Positions 58,299 through 64,000 of a stretch of 64,000 bases of DNA are shown piece after piece (the stretch's first letter is position 1; each line of letters begins with the position of its first letter). The DNA is from Planctomycetota bacterium (GTDB lineage: Bacteria > Planctomycetota > GCA-002687715 > CAIWVZ01), in assembly GCA_044222185.1 (NCBI GenBank), contig JBGANV010000009.1, positions 1 through 64,000 on the forward strand, in the 5' to 3' direction. The notes below the pieces were generated by a model that was not told the DNA's origin, did no database searches, and worked only from the letters and a program-made list of their open reading frames with translations. A program made the position numbers and the translations under genes.

Positions 58299-61200
58299 AT
58301 GAGCATGAGCCAGGCCAGTCGTAGCCTCGTCACCTTCCTCGCATTGACCGCCTGTGTCGCCGCACAGGGCACCTCGATTCCGATGATCACGGTGCGCTAT
58401 CCGGTCGCGACGGGTCCCTTGCAGAACCTCACGGATTCGCCACTGCCCGCGTTCGCCACGACGCTCTTCGTGCCCGGGGCGACCTCGCTCCGCGTGGAGT
58501 TGGCGGATGTCACGCTGGGAACCGACGAGGATGCCGTCGTGTTTCGAGATCCGCTTTCGGGCGACGTGCAACGGATGACCCGCGGCATGCTGAAGCGGTG
58601 GAAGAACTGGACCGGTTGGTTCAACGGCGCGTCGGTCGAGATGATCGTGTCCGTCGCGCCGGGGTCGGTGGCCGCCGTGTCGGTCGCCTCGGTGTTGACG
58701 ATCCCGGCAATCGGGATCGACGGAAACCAGGGAATCTGCGGGTCCGAAGATCGGGTCCTGAGCAACAGCCAGGCGAGCTGCCGCTTGCTCGGCAACGGCA
58801 CGCTCTGCTCGGGCGCCCTCGTCGACAACTGGCCGTACTGCGTCTCGGCTGGCCATTGCGCGGCCCCGTTCCCGGGCGCGCTTGTCGTCGCGGAGTTCAG
58901 CGTGCCCCCGTCCTCGAGCTCGGGAGCGATCGTTCATCCGCCGATCGCGGACCAATACCCGATCGACGAGTCATCGATCGAGTTCGAGGACGGGGGAGCT
59001 GGAGCGGATTGGTCGGTGTTCCGTCTCCATCCGAACTCGAATGGCGAGTCGGCCTTCCTTCGCCAGGGTACCGCGTTCGTTCCGGCGACATCGCTTCCGT
59101 TCCCCGGAACGTCGGTGGTCCGCATGCGTGGGTTCGGAACGCACCCGACGCCGGCGCTGGACCACTCGACACATACGGGCACCGGGATCTACATCGTCAC
59201 GATCGGAGATCGCATCACGCACCTCGTGGACCTGGACAATGGTGACTCGGGCGGCCCTTTGACCAACGAAGCGACGGGCGAACTCATCGGTGTCAACACG
59301 CACGGTGGATGCAACACGGCGATTGGAGCGAACAGCGCGACGAGCATCTTTCGGCCCGCCTTCGTGACGGCTCGGAACAATGCCAGCGCGTGCGGCCACA
59401 CGTCTCTGACGAACAACGTGAGCGCGACCCAGCTCACCTGTGAACCACGAGAGGTCTCGATCGTTCCCTCGACCAGCGCCTGGAACGTCATCGCCGTGTC
59501 GGACTCGAACGACGACTACGACATCTCGATCGAGGGCGTGAGTTCTTCGTTCAACGGCACGGCCTGCGACTTCCTCGTCTCGAACGGCAACAACGCTCCG
59601 GTGTCGGCGCCCGTGAACGCCTGGGTCGAGGGAATCGGTTCCGTCTCGAGTGGGGACGTGCAGTTCCGCATCGCGGGGACGATCAACGTCGGGACCCTGA
59701 ACGTCATCCCGTGGGGTTCGAACCAACTCGTGGAGATCAAGGAGTTCTCGATCACGACGGCGGGCAACTACGACGTCACCGTCGCGGGCGCGGACGGCTA
59801 CAACTGGCGCGTCTATCGCCCGGGCACGAACTCGAACTGGCGGTCGCGCAGCAGCGCGGACTTCAGTGGAGCCGTCAATGGCGGCACGTTGAACGGCCTC
59901 GCGCTGACGGCCGGGACGCATGCGCTGGTGATCTTCAAGAACGGTGAGCCGGGCGTGGGCGATCCGGCCGCGTTCACGGCCGTCATCGCCCCCAGCACGA
60001 CGTCGATCGCGCTGACCTCCACGCCGACGACGGTCACGAATGACGCGCAGGATTTCACCGTGACCCCGGTAGCCGGTGAGTGGAATGCCGTCAGCGTGTC
60101 CTCGAACTCCAACTGGGACCTGGCGATCGGAGGCGGTTACGACAACCAGGGCAGCAACCTGAACGCCTTCGCGATCGCCAACGGCCACGATGGCGCCATC
60201 GCACCGACGGCAGGCGTCATGGTGAGAGCCGCGGGTACCGATCCGGGCACCGCCCAGCACATGTTCTCCACGACGATCAGCGTGAACTCGACCCTCGCCA
60301 CGACGTTGGTCGCCGGTCGGGTGATCAGGCTCTACGAGTTCAACGTCACGACGGCCGGAACCTACGACATCGGCATCACCGGCGGCGAGTTGGACCCGCG
60401 AATGGAATGGCGTCTCTATGCCCCGACCGGGACGTCGCGGTGGAGGAACCGGAGCGACTACATCGCCGCAGGCGACGTCGGCGAGGACTTCCTCACGGCG
60501 TTCTCCCTTTCGACGGGCTGGCACTGCATCGCGGTGTTCCGAGACGACGGCCCGCCTGCCGCCACGATCGGGTTCAACGTCCACGTCTACGCGGCGACCG
60601 CGGTCGACGCGTTGACCGTCGGCGAGAACAACACCGTGACGGTGGATGACCAGATGTTCTCGGTTTCGAGCCCGCCGGCGACGTGGACGGCCGTCGGCTG
60701 CACCAGCGTCGGCACGACGAACGTCAACGTCTACCTGGGATCGGGCGAGTCCAACTTCGCGACCGGCGGAACCACGGATTTCGTCATCGCGAATGGAAAC
60801 GCGGGAACGATTCCCGACTACCGGGGCATCGTCGTGCGCCTCTCGGGCACGGACGCCTACGAAGTCGAGCGTGCAACCGTCACGTCGTTGACGCCGGGAA
60901 CGACGCTCAACGACTCCTACGCCTCGAACCAGGTCCTCGAGGTGTACGAATTCGACGTCCCGATCCTGCGGTCGTTCGACGTCGTCACGACGGGCCCGTC
61001 CTCCTTCGGTTGGAGCCTGTTCGAGCCAGGGACCAACGGAGCGTGGAGGCGGCGCTCGGACGACGTGATTTCGGGGCTCATCGGTGCGGCATCAGTCGTC
61101 TATACGCCGACTCAGACCGGCCGCCATGCGTTGGTCGTCTATCGCAGCGGCGCGACGGGAGCGACGGCCGCCGTGAGCCTCCTCCTCACGCCTCACAATC

Positions 61201-63254
61201 TCGTGCCCACCCTGACGTCCATCGCGCCGACTCAGGCGACGTCGGGAGCCGCGGCGTTCACGCTGTCGGCGACCGGCTCCGGGTTCGTTTCCGGCGCCAA
61301 GGTGCGTTGGAACGGTGTCGATCTGACGACGACGTTCGTGTCGGCGACGCAGCTCACGGCGAGCGTTCCCGCGGCGAACGTCGCGTCGGCAGGCACGGCG
61401 AGCGTGGTCGTCTTCAACCCGGCGCCGGGCGGCGGGACGTCGGCGGCCCAGACGTTCACGATCAACAACCCCGTGCCAACGCTTGCGTCGTTGAGCCCGT
61501 CGTCGGCCACGTCGCTCGGCTCGGCATTCACGCTGACGGTCAACGGCACGAACTTCCGGAGCGGCTCCGTCGTTCGCTGGAATGGAGCGGCGCGAACCAC
61601 GACCTTCGTGAGTACGACGCAGTTGACGGCCTCGATCCCTGCGACGGACATCCAGACGGCGGGGACGGCCACCGTCACCGTGTTCAATGCGTCCCCAGGC
61701 GGCGGCGTCTCCGGGAATGCGACCTTCACGATCACCAACCCGGTCCCGACGACGAGTGCCCTTTCACCGAGTTCCGCGACGTCGCTCGGTGCCGCGTTCA
61801 CGCTCGTGGTCACGGGGACGGGCTTCCGTTCGACGTCGGTCGTCAACTGGAATGGGGCGCCGCTCGGGACGACCTTCGTGAGTACGACGAGCCTGACGGC
61901 CGCGGTGCCCGCAGCGAACATCGCAACGGCCGGTACGGCGTCCATCACGGTTTCGAGTCCGGCGCCGGGCGGCGGGAACTCCGCCGCACAGACGTTCACG
62001 ATCAACAACCCGGCTCCCACCGTGTCACTCATCAGCCCCTCGACGAGGCTCGCGGGGAGCCCATCGTTCACGCTGAACGTCCAGGGGACCAACTTCCGTA
62101 ACGGGTCGACGATCCGGTGGAACGGAGCCCCGCGTGCGACGACGTTCACGTCGGTCAGCGCGCTGTCGGCGACGATCAGCGCCGCGGACGTCGCGAACGC
62201 CGGCACCGTGACCGTGACCGTGTCGACGCCCTCGCCGGGCGGCGGAACTTCGGCCGGCGTGTCGTTCACGATCACGAACCCCGTTCCGGCGCTCTCGAGC
62301 GTGACCCCGAACGTCCTGCTGACCGGCTCGGGGACGACGACGGTGACGGTCGCGGGGTCGGGATTCAACTCGCAATCGAGCGTGCGGTGGAATGGTTCGA
62401 CGGCGGGCGTGACGACGACCCTGGTCTCGGCGACGAGCCTGAGCGTGAGCGTCTCCGCGTCGCTGCTCGCGGCGCCGGGGAGTGCGACGGTGACGGTGTT
62501 GAACCCGCCACCGTCGGGCGGCGTGACCTCGGGTGCCGTCGTCAACATCGTCGGACCGCGTTTGAGCGGGGTCCTTCCCACGGCGCTCCTCGCACCGCTC
62601 ACGGCCGGCGGTCCCTCCGTCAACGTGACGCTGCTCTCGCCGACGGGCGTCTCCGCGGCGGCGACCGTCTTCCACGTGAACGGCGTGCCCGTGACCGCGA
62701 GCTTCGCCGGCCTGCCGGCGTCGGTCCAGATCACGATCCCATCCAGCATTCCGCAGATGCAGCAGGTCGGTGGCGTGACGATCACGGCCAAGAACTTCGG
62801 GGTCTGGACGTCGAACGCCATCCCCCTCGAGATCGAGGACCGCAACAACCAGGGAACGATCGAGCAGAACCCCGTGGCGCCATCCCCAGGTCAGGCCTTC
62901 GCGCTGATGGTCGAGCGCTGCATCCCGGTGGCTCCATTCATCCTCTTCGCCGACTTCACCAATCCGCCGCCGCTGGCTGGGTGGCCGGACGGAGTCTCGA
63001 ACCTGGTACTCGGAGTGAATCCGTTCCCGGCGAACGCGGTCCTGGATGGCCTCGGAGTGTTCGGCCCGGCGAATCCGCTGGCCGTGTTCTCTCCGGACCC
63101 CGTGCTGCCGGCGCTCGGGACATTCGCACTCCCGGGGCTGATCCAGCCCAATCCGCCCCTGGGGATCTCGATCTCGTTGCAAGCCGTGTACCCGGACCCG
63201 ACGTTGCCAGCGGGGTTCCGTCTGACGCACGCGCGCCGGCAGTTCGCCATGTGA
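58299..63254 (+). CDS. large secreted trypsin-like (S1) serine protease with three 201-aa repeats and IPT/TIG repeats
   Basis: Signal peptide, ICG mature start, CSGAL, AGHC, DWS and GDSGGP triad motifs; AAGGA RBS. Confidence 0.9.
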   Translation: MSMSQASRSLVTFLALTACVAAQGTSIPMITVRYPVATGPLQNLTDSPLPAFATTLFVPGATSLRVELADVTLGTDEDAVVFRDPLSGDVQRMTRGMLKRWKNWTGWFNGASVEMIVSVAPGSVAAVSVASVLTIPAIGIDGNQGICGSEDRVLSNSQASCRLLGNGTLCSGALVDNWPYCVSAGHCAAPFPGALVVAEFSVPPSSSSGAIVHPPIADQYPIDESSIEFEDGGAGADWSVFRLHPNSNGESAFLRQGTAFVPATSLPFPGTSVVRMRGFGTHPTPALDHSTHTGTGIYIVTIGDRITHLVDLDNGDSGGPLTNEATGELIGVNTHGGCNTAIGANSATSIFRPAFVTARNNASACGHTSLTNNVSATQLTCEPREVSIVPSTSAWNVIAVSDSNDDYDISIEGVSSSFNGTACDFLVSNGNNAPVSAPVNAWVEGIGSVSSGDVQFRIAGTINVGTLNVIPWGSNQLVEIKEFSITTAGNYDVTVAGADGYNWRVYRPGTNSNWRSRSSADFSGAVNGGTLNGLALTAGTHALVIFKNGEPGVGDPAAFTAVIAPSTTSIALTSTPTTVTNDAQDFTVTPVAGEWNAVSVSSNSNWDLAIGGGYDNQGSNLNAFAIANGHDGAIAPTAGVMVRAAGTDPGTAQHMFSTTISVNSTLATTLVAGRVIRLYEFNVTTAGTYDIGITGGELDPRMEWRLYAPTGTSRWRNRSDYIAAGDVGEDFLTAFSLSTGWHCIAVFRDDGPPAATIGFNVHVYAATAVDALTVGENNTVTVDDQMFSVSSPPATWTAVGCTSVGTTNVNVYLGSGESNFATGGTTDFVIANGNAGTIPDYRGIVVRLSGTDAYEVERATVTSLTPGTTLNDSYASNQVLEVYEFDVPILRSFDVVTTGPSSFGWSLFEPGTNGAWRRRSDDVISGLIGAASVVYTPTQTGRHALVVYRSGATGATAAVSLLLTPHNLVPTLTSIAPTQATSGAAAFTLSATGSGFVSGAKVRWNGVDLTTTFVSATQLTASVPAANVASAGTASVVVFNPAPGGGTSAAQTFTINNPVPTLASLSPSSATSLGSAFTLTVNGTNFRSGSVVRWNGAARTTTFVSTTQLTASIPATDIQTAGTATVTVFNASPGGGVSGNATFTITNPVPTTSALSPSSATSLGAAFTLVVTGTGFRSTSVVNWNGAPLGTTFVSTTSLTAAVPAANIATAGTASITVSSPAPGGGNSAAQTFTINNPAPTVSLISPSTRLAGSPSFTLNVQGTNFRNGSTIRWNGAPRATTFTSVSALSATISAADVANAGTVTVTVSTPSPGGGTSAGVSFTITNPVPALSSVTPNVLLTGSGTTTVTVAGSGFNSQSSVRWNGSTAGVTTTLVSATSLSVSVSASLLAAPGSATVTVLNPPPSGGVTSGAVVNIVGPRLSGVLPTALLAPLTAGGPSVNVTLLSPTGVSAAATVFHVNGVPVTASFAGLPASVQITIPSSIPQMQQVGGVTITAKNFGVWTSNAIPLEIEDRNNQGTIEQNPVAPSPGQAFALMVERCIPVAPFILFADFTNPPPLAGWPDGVSNLVLGVNPFPANAVLDGLGVFGPANPLAVFSPDPVLPALGTFALPGLIQPNPPLGISISLQAVYPDPTLPAGFRLTHARRQFAM
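61194..62550 (+). repeat. five tandem ~270-bp (90-aa) IPT/TIG-like coding repeats
   Basis: N(P/L)(V/A)P starts at 61194, 61464, 61734, 62004 and 62274; each repeat has WNG..TT(F/L).S...GG. Confidence 0.88.
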
Positions 63255-63273
63255 CGGACCGGAGGGGTCGGCT

Positions 63274-63309
63274 GCCTGGTTGAAGGTGGCGGAGCGCCTT
63301 CAACCAGGC
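63274..63309. terminator. 13-bp stem-loop after the protease gene
   Basis: GCCTGGTTGAAGG...CCTTCAACCAGGC perfect inverted repeat; no U-tract. Confidence 0.55.
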
Positions 63310-63393
63310 CGGAAGCCGGCGCATGAGCGTCGATCTGGGGTCGTCAGCGCCGCCGCGAGCACGCGAGTATGATGCCTCGCTCGGTTGGCCGCG

Positions 63394-64000
63394 ATGACGA
63401 ACCCCTTGCTATCGGACGACCCTGAGGTGTGGAACGGGCTGGTGACGGCGGTCAATCCGGCATCGATCCTGGTCGTGATCGCCCGCCGAATGGGGGAGCG
63501 CTTGCAGCTCAGCACGACCGCCGAGGACATCCTCCAGGAGGCCTTGCTGCGGGCCTGGCGATCGCGGCGTGATTTCGAATGGGCCGGGATCGCATCGTTC
63601 CGGCGATGGCTCATCCGGATCGCGGAGCGCTGCGTGGAGGATCAGAGGGACCTTGCGCAGGCGAAAAAGCGCGATGCCGCGCGAACCACGGCGATGTCGA
63701 GCGACGGCCCCTCGTCCCATGGCGGGGGCTTGGAGCCCTGGACGAGCACCACTCCGAGCAGGCTCGCCGACGCGCGTGAGGTGGCCCGGTCGATGGAAGC
63801 GAGCCTCGAAATGGTCCCCGATGACCTGCGGGAAGTCGTCCGACTGCGGTTGTTCGAGGACCTCCAGATCGACGAGATCGCGGCGCGGCTCGGTCTCGGC
63901 GAATCCGGCGTCCGGCACCGCTTTCGGCGCGGCGCCGAGGCCTACCGCCGGTCCCTGCACGCGAGACTCGGTCGGGCCTCGGCGTTTCCGGACGGGGGGC
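63394..64000 (+). CDS. ECF-type RNA polymerase sigma factor (runs off the window; absent from the ORF track)
   Basis: Manual translation: MTNPLL..STTAEDILQEALLRAW..SFRRWL..IA..AKKR..STTPSR..VVRLRLFEDL.IDEIAARLGLGESGVRHRFRRG. Confidence 0.9.
   Translation, partial: MTNPLLSDDPEVWNGLVTAVNPASILVVIARRMGERLQLSTTAEDILQEALLRAWRSRRDFEWAGIASFRRWLIRIAERCVEDQRDLAQAKKRDAARTTAMSSDGPSSHGGGLEPWTSTTPSRLADAREVARSMEASLEMVPDDLREVVRLRLFEDLQIDEIAARLGLGESGVRHRFRRGAEAYRRSLHARLGRASAFPDGG

Overview
High-GC bacterial chromosome segment. It is most likely from a Planctomycetota lineage; this is inferred from the ECF sigma/Ser-Thr kinase pair, the yidC-mnmE linkage and the large exported IPT/TIG proteins. About 43 CDS are supportable. 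I see no rRNA, tRNA, CRISPR array or transposase. Housekeeping genes: radC, ogt, yidC, mnmE, nrdR, smc, truA, hpf, a PTS cluster (EIIA, yvcK, HPr, EI), trehalose GH15/otsAB and RNase E/G. These are interleaved with two partial type IV pilus/T2SS-like clusters and four large secreted proteins. The main candidates for undescribed biology are: (1) a ~120-aa module shared by all four unrelated secreted proteins, possibly a sorting or anchoring domain; (2) an apparently catalytically dead class III ribonucleotide reductase with two ATP cones, overlapping nrdR and preceding smc; (3) an (E/D)-(S/T)-(R/Q)-P linker motif recurring in exported proteins, possibly an O-glycosylation sequon, with candidate modifying enzymes next to the pil clusters; (4) a GGA-rich structured RNA region upstream of rne; (5) a recurrent -10 box placed 8-9 nt before start codons, suggesting leaderless mRNAs. 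All functional calls come from reading motifs by eye; no database search was run.
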